Positions 52,801 to 64,000 of a stretch of 64,000 nucleotides of DNA are shown here, one piece after another. The position numbers and the translations under genes are program-made. Under the pieces are notes generated by a model, which saw only the letters and a list, made by a program, of their open reading frames with translations, did no database searches and was not told the DNA's origin. The DNA is from Octopus sinensis (lineage: Eukaryota), in NCBI RefSeq assembly GCF_006345805.1, contig NC_043011.1:24750464-24814463 (forward strand), given 5' to 3'. How positions within the stretch are numbered: the first letter of the stretch is position 1; each line of letters starts with the position of its first letter.

Positions 52801-52855
52801 AATAATTATAATTATTGTGTATTTATATATATATAAATACACAATAATTATAATT
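52799..52855. repeat. Nested perfect AT-rich palindromes (52 bp and 20 bp)
   Basis: Checked base by base: 52804-52855 is its own reverse complement, and so is 52799-52818. Confidence 0.95.
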
Positions 52856-53601
52856 CGACAATTTCTTGGTGCTTATGCAAAATGATGAAATGAATACTAA
52901 TTTAAGAAAAAAATATTACCTTGAATTTAAATATGACACATTTCTCATTTGTTCAACTCTTCCTATTACTATGTCATTTACTCTCTCTCACTGTGTATGG
53001 TGTTCATTTACTCATTGCTTACCTCCCAAGCCTTGTGTGTGCACTCATCCTGCACCTCTTATGGTAACTCGCTCTCTTACTTCTCTCTCTTGCTCATTTC
53101 TCTCTATATGGCTGTAAAATTCAACCAACTAACATTACATCAGCTTATTATTGTGTAGCCATGATAAATTTGTTGCTATATTAAAACCTATTTCTAGGAA
53201 TCATTGTTTTCTTTTTGTCCTTACATTTGTATTCATTGTTTTCAGACTTTTAAAAAATGTTTTTATAATTATATTGTTTCTAGTTTTGTTTATTCTTGGT
53301 TTTATTTAATTTTAGTGTTGATTTCATTGTTTGTTTGTTTTCTTGTTCTAAATCAAATCAAATGAAAAAAAAAGATTTTTTTAAAACAATATTTCAATAC
53401 TTTCAGTTGTTTATTGAGCATTTCGTTTTAAATACTTTCTTGATGAAAGAAAATCAGTAGAGCTTCAGACAGAGTACCGTGTGTTCTTTGGTTACATCCC
53501 TTTATGCTTTGAGTTCATCCTTTTTTTTCATTTTGGTGTCGATAAAGTACCAGTTCACTTACTTGGTTTGATTCTTCCTCTTCTTGCTCTCTCTCCCTAC
53601 T

Positions 53602-53603
53602 CA

Positions 53604-53670
<67 letters not shown>

Positions 53671-53700
53671 CACACACACACATGCATACACACACGCACA
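53602..53700. repeat. Interrupted (TA)n followed by (CA)n microsatellite
   Basis: Direct observation. Confidence 0.95.
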
Positions 53701-54242
53701 TTGATTCAGCCTAAGAATTATGCTAAGAGTACACGTCTGCAAAACATTCATCCACTTATACATTAATTTCGCAAGTTGGAATTCAGTTAGTATCTTTATA
53801 TCCAGTTCTTTTGGATTGGTATAGTTAGGTTTGTTATAGTCTTAAGAACTTTACGAAACTTATATTATATTATATTATACTAGTTAAGGTGGATTTTGCA
53901 CACAGGCTTGGTGCTTGCTATATTAACTATTTTTCTCCATGGAATCCTAATAGAATTTCTTCTATACATGTGTAAACTTTTATTGATAGGTTATGTGTCC
54001 TTGACTTCATTTTTTGTTTTCTCTTCTGTTTCATATTAATTTTAAGCTTAAAATCAATTTAGAAGATTTATATAACCATTTTACATAAGAAGCACACTGG
54101 AAGAAAATTATGTATCTTGAAAAATATTACAATTTTATTTATATGTGCTGAAAAAAACACTGGGTTGAATTTTAGATTTAAACAAAGAATTGGACTAAAG
54201 ATATTGTATAAAAATATTAAAAGATTTTTTTTTTTTAAGAAT

Positions 54243-54682
54243 TTTTTACTAGAAGACAAAAGCGAGGTGGTACCACAATTTTCCGGAATGATATAACTTC
54301 TCATTTAAATCTGCAGCATTTATTCTATTGCTGGTCCAATTCTGCTTACACTTGTTCTATTTGTCAATGCTTCAACTTTCTTTCTTCCTGTTTCATTCAC
54401 TAGCTAGCACTCCTGTTCAACAATGCCGCCTGTTTAACTTCTGGTGACGTCTTTAAACAATACTCTTTGTACCTTGCTTCCTCAATTTTTTCCTCCTGTT
54501 CATTCTTATAAAGTAAACATATACACACTTGTTTCTCACAGTGAATTGATTTGCTGAACAATAATCTTTGTTGTACTTCAAAAAAGTCATTTCTGCCAAT
54601 AAAATACATGCACTGGTTGTGACCACCATCTAAAATACAACAATAGCTGTTTCAGCATATGATTTCACCTCAAGAACCTTGC
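54243..54682 (-). pseudogene. Probable decayed transposon-protein relic (GCDTTSA-like / EARY / CxC-like motifs)
   Basis: Across frames: G.(D)TTSA..IG..TFLK, CEKQVCICLLY...IEEARYKEYC and PAIE..L...ENCGT. Several stops and frameshifts; recognised by eye only. Confidence 0.35.
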
Positions 54683-55096
54683 AAAACAAATACAAAATGA
54701 ACTTAATATTACTCTACAATTACAGTATTTTTTGTTCCTTCCTCTGGCATTGTATAAATGCAATCTTTGAATGCAAATCATTTAGAGAGTAAATGTTCTT
54801 GCATTTTGATATTGATTAAATTACTCTTTTTTTTTTTATAAAATCTACCAAATTAGGACTTGTAATTTAGAGGGGGAAATATCACTGTGGCAGCTTAATA
54901 TAGTTAACTAAAATTGTCTGTTTTCCATTATACTCTTTGTGAATTGTTTTAGGAGAAATTCTTATAGATTGTGTATATTTTTTTTATGCCTATGGCTTTT
55001 ATATCAACCATGTTTCCATTCTGCTTTATACAATAACAGATATTTAGAATTTCTAATGTAAAAAGAAACTTAATAGCTTAGATTTGCAGCTTTATA

Positions 55097-56389
55097 TTGG
55101 GTCATCCCATAACTAATGTGGCTTTTTTTATACAAATTTGGTTTTTTCAAAATTAAGATTTTGTTATTAAGTTTTTAAGTTAAAAAATTAAGTTTTTCTT
55201 TTAAATCTAAAATATACCCTCCTTCATTTTCTACAATGCTTTTCCATCTATCTGGTAGACCTGCAAAGCCCCTCTTCCAAAATTTTCTTGTCCATGACAA
55301 AAAATACTCCTCAAGCACTGTTCTGACCTCATCTACAGAATTCATATATTTTCCATCCAAATGATTTTGAAGATTGCAGAATAAATGATAATCAGATGGG
55401 ACAATGCCCAGTGAATATGGTGGGTGGGGCATCATTTCCCATTCAAACTACTCTAGCCTTTGGAATGTCATCCTCACTGTATGTGGCTGAGCATTATCCT
55501 GCTGGAAGAATACCTTTTGTCTTAAAACCAAAGATGGTCTATTTTCTTCTAGTGCTGACTTAAGCCACTCAAGCTGCTTGCAGTAGACCTCCTTTGTTAT
55601 TGTTTGGTTTGGGTGTAAAAGTTCAAAGTGGATTAAACCTTTCATATCCCACCAAACAAATAATAACACCTTACGTGGGTGAAGGCCTTTAGCCTAGGGT
55701 GCTGGTGTTTCTCCTTTCCCTATCTACTGTCTTTGGTACTTGACAGTTTTATAGAGAACCCGTTTCTCATCACCAGTTACTATTTGGTCCAAAAAGGTTC
55801 ATTTGTGAGACATGACAACAAAGAAGAGCACACATTAACTCTCTGCACATGATTAGACTTGGGAAGTTTGTGAGAAACACATTGACCCAATTGTTGACTT
55901 TTCTAATGGCATACAGGTGTTGATGAATGGTTGAATGACCAAATCCAAGCTTCTCTGCTAGTTCCTCAACAGTTACAATGGGATTTTGTGCTACCAGGAT
56001 TTGCAGGACGTCCTCGTCAAGCTCTACAGATCTTCTAGGTTGTAGTTTCCAGCTCGGAATTTCAGGAACCATTGTTGATACTGGCTTACGCTTATTATCC
56101 GATCCCCATATACTGCATTAATGTTTCTCTCACTTTCTGTTTTGTTATCATCTTTACTGAACTCATAAAGCAAAATATGCCGAATATGCTCCTTTGTCAC
56201 TTCCATTATAGCTTTGAAAAAATAACTGTTAAAATCGAACTGCATTCTTCAAAACTTGCACTAAGAATAAGAGCAAGGTAAAATTACTACCTGACTTCAT
56301 AGCAAGTTGATGCAGGTAGTTTATCCCATCCCCCTCTGACTTTTAGTTCATGCAATTGAAAAAACTGCATTATTTATGGGGTGACCCAA
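55097..56389 (-). mobile_element. Mariner element copy B, full length (1293 bp), decayed, in KCMF1 intron 5
   Basis: ~31-bp TIRs (TTGGGTCATCCCATAACTAATGTGGC / revcomp TTGGGTCACCCCATAAATAATGCAG) with TA on both sides. Motifs IVTGDEK, FVWWD, QQDNA and HPPYSLGIVPSDY are present, with 34 residues between D2 and D3. The frame is broken. Confidence 0.95.
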
Positions 56390-57264
56390 TATTTAGGGAT
56401 GTAAGCTATTGATATTACTATATAGTATCTTTTACTAGGTTTTTTTTTGTGCTATAAAGCATCAAAATCGTAGTAAATACTCAAATAGATGACTTGAACA
56501 TTTTATAGAAATATTTAGCAATATATTCTTTTCATGTCTGTATTAGTCTATATCATTCAGACTTTTCCACAGCAAACTTATATTGATACTATTTCTTGAT
56601 ACTACACAGCATTATATATTGACTAGCAGTCCTTATAATTTAAGTTCTCTTCACTAGAGTAATATAATTGGTATCTTGTTTTCAAAAATAAAAAAGACCA
56701 AGTAAAAAATTCAGGATTAGATAAATTTCAATAATAAATGTTATGAACTAGAAGTGTTTGCATTCAATTAATTTACTTAAATTACTCAGATAATTTGGGT
56801 GATATACTGTGTAAGTTGGCAACAGTTACATTAGAGTAGATTCAGATTTTATTATTTATTTTATTGAGTAACTGATAAATAATATTGAGGTATATGTTTA
56901 TTCTGTAGCTACAAGTTTATTTTCAGTTATTCTTTCTATGGTTATATTTTTTATCATACAACGATGTGACCCACTCTAATTTTGGACCCAGATATGAAAA
57001 AAGATATTCATTTTTTGCTGTTTAATAAGAATGTACTGTTAAAAGTGAGAAAAAAAACATACAGAAAATTGAAGTATAAATTTTAAAAATCACTTCTCAT
57101 TTGAGATTCATTATTTTGAAGGATCACTTTTTAACTTTGGATGCTTTATTATTTTTCTTCCATACTTTTTTTTTTTTTTTTTAATTAATACTTCATACAT
57201 AATTCTTTGAAATTCATACCATCAGTATTTTTGAAACAGTGTTGCGTATAGATTGGTTTCACTG

Positions 57265-57387
57265 TTTGTAGGTTTCCATTCCAACATTGTCCAACATCTA
57301 CACTGTTCAAATAAAGGACTAAACTGGGCTTTGTAGGTGGGTTTTCCATTCCAACATTATCCGATGCTGTTCAAATACAGACTAAAC
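57265..57387 (+). repeat. Diverged two-copy tandem repeat (~65-bp period)
   Basis: TTTGTAGG..TTTCCATTCCAACATT...CTGTTCAAATA..GACTAAAC occurs twice. Confidence 0.85.
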
Positions 57388-60048
57388 AATTATACCTCAA
57401 ATTTTGACTGCTCTCACATTTAACTACCTCAACAGCTAGGAGGTAAAACTACTGCTAGAAGTAGATAGATATTTTAATATTAAACTAACATATAATTCAT
57501 GTGTTGCTACATATCAGCTGAAATATTCTCTTATCACTAAATCATATTCCTTATTCTGAACACTGCTGCCAATTTTTATTTATTTGTTATTGTTGGTACT
57601 TGATTTATATATTAGTTTCATTTATACCATCACAGGAATGTCATCACTAAACAATTGGACATTGTCTGCTGTATTTGTTTTACGTGGTTAGCATTTTTAT
57701 ATGGTGTCTCTGTACACATACACTCATATTCTTTGGTGTTACTTTTAAAAAATAAATTCGAAAAATGGCTTTAAATGATTTTATGGCAATATAAGGACTT
57801 GTGTGAAAGAAACATGGATATTGAACATGGTTTTGAACTGGTGCTCATTTTCATGTATCTCAAGACCATGATAAAGTAAGTTTTGATACCAGAATATTTA
57901 TTTTTGTTCAACTTCTCTGCCAACTTCACAGCTCTATATAGCTAAACCCAATAATTTGAATGATAATGTGCAAGCATGTATAATGTACTTAACTAAAGGT
58001 TTTCATTTATCAAGATCACAAATTGCTTTGTTATCATCTCTTTTTTTTTTCTCCTTAATTAGTGTGAAATAGTAATTCAAAATTTTGATGGAGAGGAGTT
58101 AATTGACTTACTTTTAATGAACCATTTTAAATAATGATTTTAATGACAGTTTCCACATTATGTTTTGGTGCAATTTTTCCTGCAATGGGATTTTTGCTGA
58201 TGTAGAAGACACCAGTTTTCTGATTGGTTTTTAAAAGGAATTATAGATTTTTTTGTTAAATTTTAGTTATTTGATTTTTAATGTTTAAGCATAACTAAAA
58301 CTAAATACTCATGGAAAGTAAATAGTCTTAATTTGATCTTCAAATCTTGCATCATATTAAATTTTTTATAAGCACTTAATAAACATAAGTTGCAACAAGT
58401 GTTCATGTTTCGAACAAAACTTAGTTTTTCTAGATCTATCTGCATTTGGTGTTGTTTTTTTGTTTTTTTTTTTTTGTCTGGTTTGTAGTTGAATCTCTCT
58501 GTGTTTTGTGTGTCTGTGTATCTTCTCACATTACTTGAAATAAATACATTTTCTACAAATTTCTGACCTGATAATTTTCTTTAGTTAGATATTCATTTAC
58601 TAGGACACTAGATTTCTTGAGATTCTCAGTTTTTACTGTGGTCTAATGCTATGAGCTTATTATATCTTATTTCGCTGTGCATAGAAAGGAATACAATGTG
58701 CTTCAAAACCCTCTGCCACTTGCTTACCTATTCTATTATGAGCTGCATTTTATATATTTGAATCTTCAGTTGGCTGCTTTCAAATGTTGTCTCTTGTTTT
58801 AGGATTATGTAAGCTGTGAATTTGTTTCTATTAAGACTAATTGCCACATATATTAACATACATACATAATTATGCTTATATTTTAAGATATATATTATAT
58901 TTGACTGAAATTCAGCTTTCTAACCTGATCGATTTTTATTGTAAAAGCCCTAGAAGATAAAGCCTCGTGATATCTCCTGTTTTATTTTGTGTCTTTGTTG
59001 AATTTTTTTTTATAGTTATAAAGATTTATTTTTGTAAGATAATATTTTTAATTGTTAGAACTTTAATGTTTAACAATATTCTAGAAAAGTTAAACTTTAA
59101 AAAATTTAAACAGTGGTTTTATATAAATTGTATTGTGTGTGTATTTGTGCAGAATATTAGTACCCATACTTATACTAGTTGATAGTTTGAGCAATGTGTG
59201 GTGAGATAGTCAGCTTGCTTCAGTATGCCTGACTAACTTCATTTTGGCTAGTTACTGCTTAAGACATCCATTTGTAAAAATAAGTAGATATGGAAGAATT
59301 AACTTTTTGCAGTTAGTATAAAAATAAGGCTGTAAAATATAGAAACGGCATAAAATTGTTTTGACAGATTAGAATTAGTAAGCTCTCAGAATCAAGAATT
59401 TTACAACTCTTCATTTTAAATCAACTTTCCACACAGGTATATTTTTGGACAAGTTATCCCAGTTCAATTCTTATTTGGAATTACTGCCCTCCTAAATGTC
59501 TCTCTTGTATTTTGGCTTGAATTTTACAGCTGGGTGCTGTTTCTTAATACCAACCACTCTACAAAGTGTGCTGGTTTCGTCTTTGTAATGTCAACACCAG
59601 AAATGTATCCTGAACATAAGACTAAAGAGTCCCCAAGATTAACATTGTCTTCAGTTGTTTGCAGTTCATATTACTGTGTACTGAGTTTTTTTATTGTAAG
59701 ACTAGCCTGCGAAATGAGAAAGATCCAGACCACTGTATGTTGTCTCAGTTATATTGAAGCAGTTGGTCTAATAGTGTAAGAGTGAGGGTTATATTGAAAG
59801 CAAAAGATGGGGTTGGAGACAAAATGACAGTAGAAGGGACACTTAAAGTAGACTGATTGAGGTAATTAATTTCAGTGACAAATTGGTTTTCGGAAATTTT
59901 TGATACCTCACAGAAGAGTAATTCATGTTTTAGGGACAACAGGTCATTTCACCAAAAATAACACATTGTTGCTTAGCTCCAGGTTAGTCATCATCAAATA
60001 TGTTTCAATAATGACTGTCCCATCTTTCCCCCACTCCCAGACTGCATT

Positions 60049-60408
60049 AGGTGCAGTCATGGCTGTGGTTTAAGAAGCTCACTTTGTAACCGCATGATTT
60101 CTGGTTCAATCCCACTGCATGGCACCTTGGGCAAGCCTCTTACTATAACTCCAGGCCAACTAATGCCTTGAGAGTGAATTTGGTAGATGGAAACTGTGGA
60201 AACCCATTGTGTGTGTGTGTGTATTTGTGCATGTCTTTGTGTTTGTCCATCCCCACTGCTTGACCACTGGTGTTGGTTTGTTTACCTTCCCATAACTTAG
60301 CCGTTCAGCAAAAGAGATAATAGAATAAGTGCTGAGGTTCATTATTCGACTAAACTCTTCAAGCCAGTGCTCCAGCATGACCATTGTCCAATGACTTAAG
60401 AAAGATAA
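60049..60408 (+). mobile_element. Full-length CORE-like SINE (tail 1)
   Basis: GGTTCAATCCC B box, GGCACCTTGGGCAAG core, (TG)n and tail 1. Confidence 0.8.
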
Positions 60409-63400
60409 TGGATAGCCACTATGTCTCCTTATCTTAAGACAGTTGCATATGATTTCAAAAGGATTTCGTTGCTATTTTTAGCAGGTCAAACAACAATTAA
60501 GTGGTTTCATTAGTGGTTACTATGATTAGATACCTTAGAAAGAAATCTTAACAATCTTCAGGCATTGGAGTTATTGATTGTATGGTGTTTCTTAAGACTA
60601 TGATTGTGTTCAAATAAAACAGTTCTATTAGAATCCAGGTATTGGAATAAATGAATTTCTCTTTTATTAATTTGTAAATAGATTGACTTACACTTGTCAA
60701 ATACTTTCCATAATTGATGACAGGCAGACATGCCGCTTTAAAAACCAGTAACAGTTTGTTGCATAGATCAGTGTTACATCTTGGTATATTGGAATGGTAG
60801 GCCTCTACACTTTTGGTATGAATGATACATGATAACAGTTCAATTTTGTAATCCATGAAAGCTTTGTGAAATGCCTAAAATAAAGGTAATGAAATAGTAT
60901 TTAGCTGATAATCAATAATAAAGATAGCTAAAAGTTAATATTTAATTAAAATTGCAAGCTGGTTTGTATGGAAGCTGAGTATCTTTCTGACCTACACAAA
61001 ACAACATAACTTTTACATATCCTCAAAATTAATAAGTTACATTTGTTTCACTACAAATGTTAAAAGCATTGAACTGCATAACATTATTAAAAAGTATTCA
61101 ACACCATATATCATGTCCTTGACCTCTGTGAATCTTGTGTAACCATAAGGTGTACACCTGGGAAGTTCCTCTCCAAGGTGTCTTTGCAAGATTTTTATGG
61201 AAGATAAGCAGTTGCCTGTGCTATCTCGTCTCCTCTCCTCACACCACGATGTCCTCCATAGAAAAGACAACGAATATAGATTGGCATTAATGTCGTCAGC
61301 TGTTACCACCAGAATGCCATGAGCCATAACAAATACCACAAGGCACTCAATCCAATGCTTTTAAAAACTACCTATTCACTGCCTTCATATATACTTTAAT
61401 GTAACTACAAAAAGAATCCTCACCATCATATGTCCACTTTTTCATGCTCTTATGGGTCAAATGGAATTTGTTGAGGTTGATTTTCCTACAGCTGGATGCT
61501 CTTCCTGTTGCCCACCTGTTTCTAAACGAGTTAATATTTCCCTATAGCTAAATATTTTTTCATGGAAGAATGGAAATGAGTGGCATGGCTTGTATGACAG
61601 TGATGCTCATTTACCACCATCACATGATCTCAAGACATGCACACACATGTGCATGTATAATAATTTCTCATTCCATCTACCAAATCTATTTACAGGTCTT
61701 TGGTCAAACTGGGGCTATAGTAGAAAACACTTGCCCAAGGTGCTGTACAGTAGGACTGAACCCATAATTGGGAAGCAACTTTTTTAACCACTCAACCATA
61801 CTTTTCTTCTCAGCAATAAAATTATTGTAGTTCTTATGCTCCCCAGAACATAATTGTTGAGCTGAATGACTTAAAAATATATATATTAAACCAGTTAAAA
61901 TCAGACTGACTTGTTTTGTATAGTGTCTCTCACACGAGGAAAGATAAAATTATCATTTTATTTCCTTCCTAGCTGGATCGAAAAAAGTTGTGCTTTTCAA
62001 ATGAATATGGTACCAAGCTCTCTCTCTTTCTCTTTCCTTTTTTTTTTTCAATGAAAATTAGAACTAATGGTCCAAATTGACTAATGCTTTTATGTTCTCT
62101 CTCTTTCACACATACACACAGATAGATAAATTAAGTCATTTTTTTAAAAAAATCTTGTTCAAAAATATGGATAATCACAAGATATTTTATGACTAAGGTT
62201 TTAAGATTTGTATCCAACTTGTGACAGCAACAGCAAGCAATAATAATAGAAAGAAATCTTGTTTGAAATAATTTTTAGTTTTTAAAACTTAACAGATGGC
62301 TCTACATAAATTTTCTGTGCTTATCAATCAGTATTTTGATGTCTGATAAATTTAATATGTATCATCAATTCCTTGTATGTATTTTACCATGGCATGGATT
62401 GTATATCTAAGTGTTACTATTGAATAATGCTTGAACTCTGGATGTGCAGATCATTAGGTAAAAAGCTTGCTTTAAATTTAAGCAAGTTGCATTAATTCAC
62501 ATCTTATTTTTCGTTACTTCATGGTTGGGTTGAGCTGGCTTTGAAAACAAGTGACCGCTTACTTCACTAATTCATGTCAAAATGCAAAACTGTCTAACCC
62601 ATCCAGCCTAAAAGAATTTATAAAAATTGAAAGAAAAATTTCTTTGCACTTATCTAAAACATTTACTTCTACCTAAACCAAGCTTACTGTTAATTAATTA
62701 CTTTCTCCAAGATTCTTGATTTACCAACGAATGACTAATCTTTTGCATTTATTCATTCAGTCGTAGTCATTTACTCTTGCTTTGTATCTTACTGCTCTTC
62801 CATCTAGACTCTTTAACTCCTAGATAGTTTTTTTCTCTCATTCTCTCTCTTAAATTTAATTTGCATTAATCAAGAGCCACTTGGTCTTTTTTTGAAGAGT
62901 TTAATTGGTGGGAAATTAGCTTAATGATTTTTAGAAAAGTCTCTTAAGGATGATTGACAGTAAGGTTAGGAAAGTTGTACAGGTTTTAAGAATTTCATTT
63001 TTGTAGTAAGTGTGAGGGGTGATGTTTACATAGTCTTAGAAACTGCCTTTGTGTGTGTGTGTGTGTGTTTATTTATCTCAGTTTAATGCTCATTTGTAAT
63101 CATAAATTCTGGTGTATACATATAGGACTGTTTTTATAATTTAAGTTCTAACCACATCACATTGACTATATACCTCCAATTTTCATAATGCTTATCTCTG
63201 ATTTTGTGCTAAGATTTTAGGATCTTTGCCAATTTTTTCATAAAATTAGTATTAAGTATTGCTGGAACTATTGGCAGAAATTAAAGCTTGAACTTGGGAG
63301 TTATTCTTTATATGAGGGATTTTTGTTGTTGTTTTTTTTTTTTAAATCTGTTGTTACCTATTCATTTGAATGACACTTCAAGTAAATTCTCTATCTAATC

Positions 63401-64000
63401 ATAATTATTATATCCCCTGTAACAATATGTCAAGGAGGTAATTTAAAAATTAGATGTATCAAGTATTCCATAAGCCTTGGTGAGCTTGTGATATGAGAAG
63501 GAAAGAGTGAAAGGAAATAATTGTTCATTTGTGGCAGATTGTGAGCAGAGCGAAAGTGAGCCAGAGATAACAGAAATGGGTTTTTTTAAAAAACAGATTA
63601 GTGAAACAAGAGAGACAGATAAACAAAGTGACTGACTTATTATCTATAAAATCAATGCCTTAAAAAAAAATTAGCCATGTAAAAGTTATGGTTATCAAAA
63701 TTATAATTTCTTATAAAACTTGTCAATTTAATGACCTAGATTTGTTTAAATTATTACTTTTCTAAAGCTAATTTTTTTAGTCACAGTTATCTCTAAAAGA
63801 AATATCAATTTCTAGATTTTCCTTGATGTTCATTTCTTCTTGGTTTTAGTATCAGTATTTTTTAATAAGGATTCTATGATAGCTTAGATTGATTGATATG
63901 TCAACATGTACTCAGTTTAAAGTAGGTATTTGTATGTATGAAGTTCTTGTATTAAATACAGCGATGAAGCATTGACCTGGCAGCAGTAAGGTTCCTGATT

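Noticed and set aside
55175-56245. Functional or domesticated mariner transposase (SETMAR-like)
   Set aside because: The coding region is split across four frames with stops and a 19-bp deletion; there is no SET domain and no splice link to KCMF1.
59738-59757. TTG TCT CAG TTA (LSQL) as the start of KCMF1 exon 6
   Set aside because: It is followed by TAT TGA (stop) and has no suitable acceptor.
60548-61339. Two ~100-aa minus-strand ORFs
   Set aside because: No recognisable domain in any frame. Possibly old TE debris, but that cannot be supported by eye.
63955-64000. ACAG|CGATGAAGC as KCMF1 exon 6
   Set aside because: The required phase-1 reading gives A-M-K-H-stop and does not match the expected ELLSQLSGVRR.
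1-64000. CRISPR array, prokaryotic operon or defence system
   Set aside because: The DNA is spliced-gene eukaryotic sequence. The repeats are dispersed TEs and microsatellites, with no regular repeat-spacer periodicity.

Overview
AT-rich, repeat-dense eukaryotic genomic DNA, most likely an octopus (coleoid cephalopod); this is inferred from the SINE families and the (TA)n/(CA)n load. Two intron-rich housekeeping genes sit head-to-head around a ~465-bp CpG-retaining interval. QDPR (dihydropteridine reductase) is on the minus strand, with coding exons at 20351-20265, 3739-3553 and 2835-2695; its remaining exons were not found and presumably lie left of the window. KCMF1 (ZZ-type/C2H2 zinc-finger E3 ligase) is on the plus strand, with coding exons at 20817-20832, 32404-32571, 40494-40633, 41819-41920 and 45784-45943; its remaining exons were not found and presumably lie right of the window. 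The most notable feature is KCMF1 intron 4 (41921-45783), a minor-spliceosome (U12-type) AT-AC intron with donor ATATCCTTTT, branch site TCCTTAAC and a TAC acceptor. The introns hold two decayed full-length D,D34D mariner elements, a 201-bp hAT-type MITE with a perfect 8-bp TSD, a TTAA-flanked piggyBac-like MITE family, and dozens of tRNA-headed SINEs built from swappable modules. They also contain microsatellites, a nested perfect AT palindrome and a probable decayed transposon-protein relic. No rRNA, true tRNA, CRISPR array or prokaryotic system is evident. Most entries in the ORF track are repeat or microsatellite artefacts. Repeat boundaries were read by eye and are approximate (about +/-10 bp) unless a TSD or TIR is quoted.
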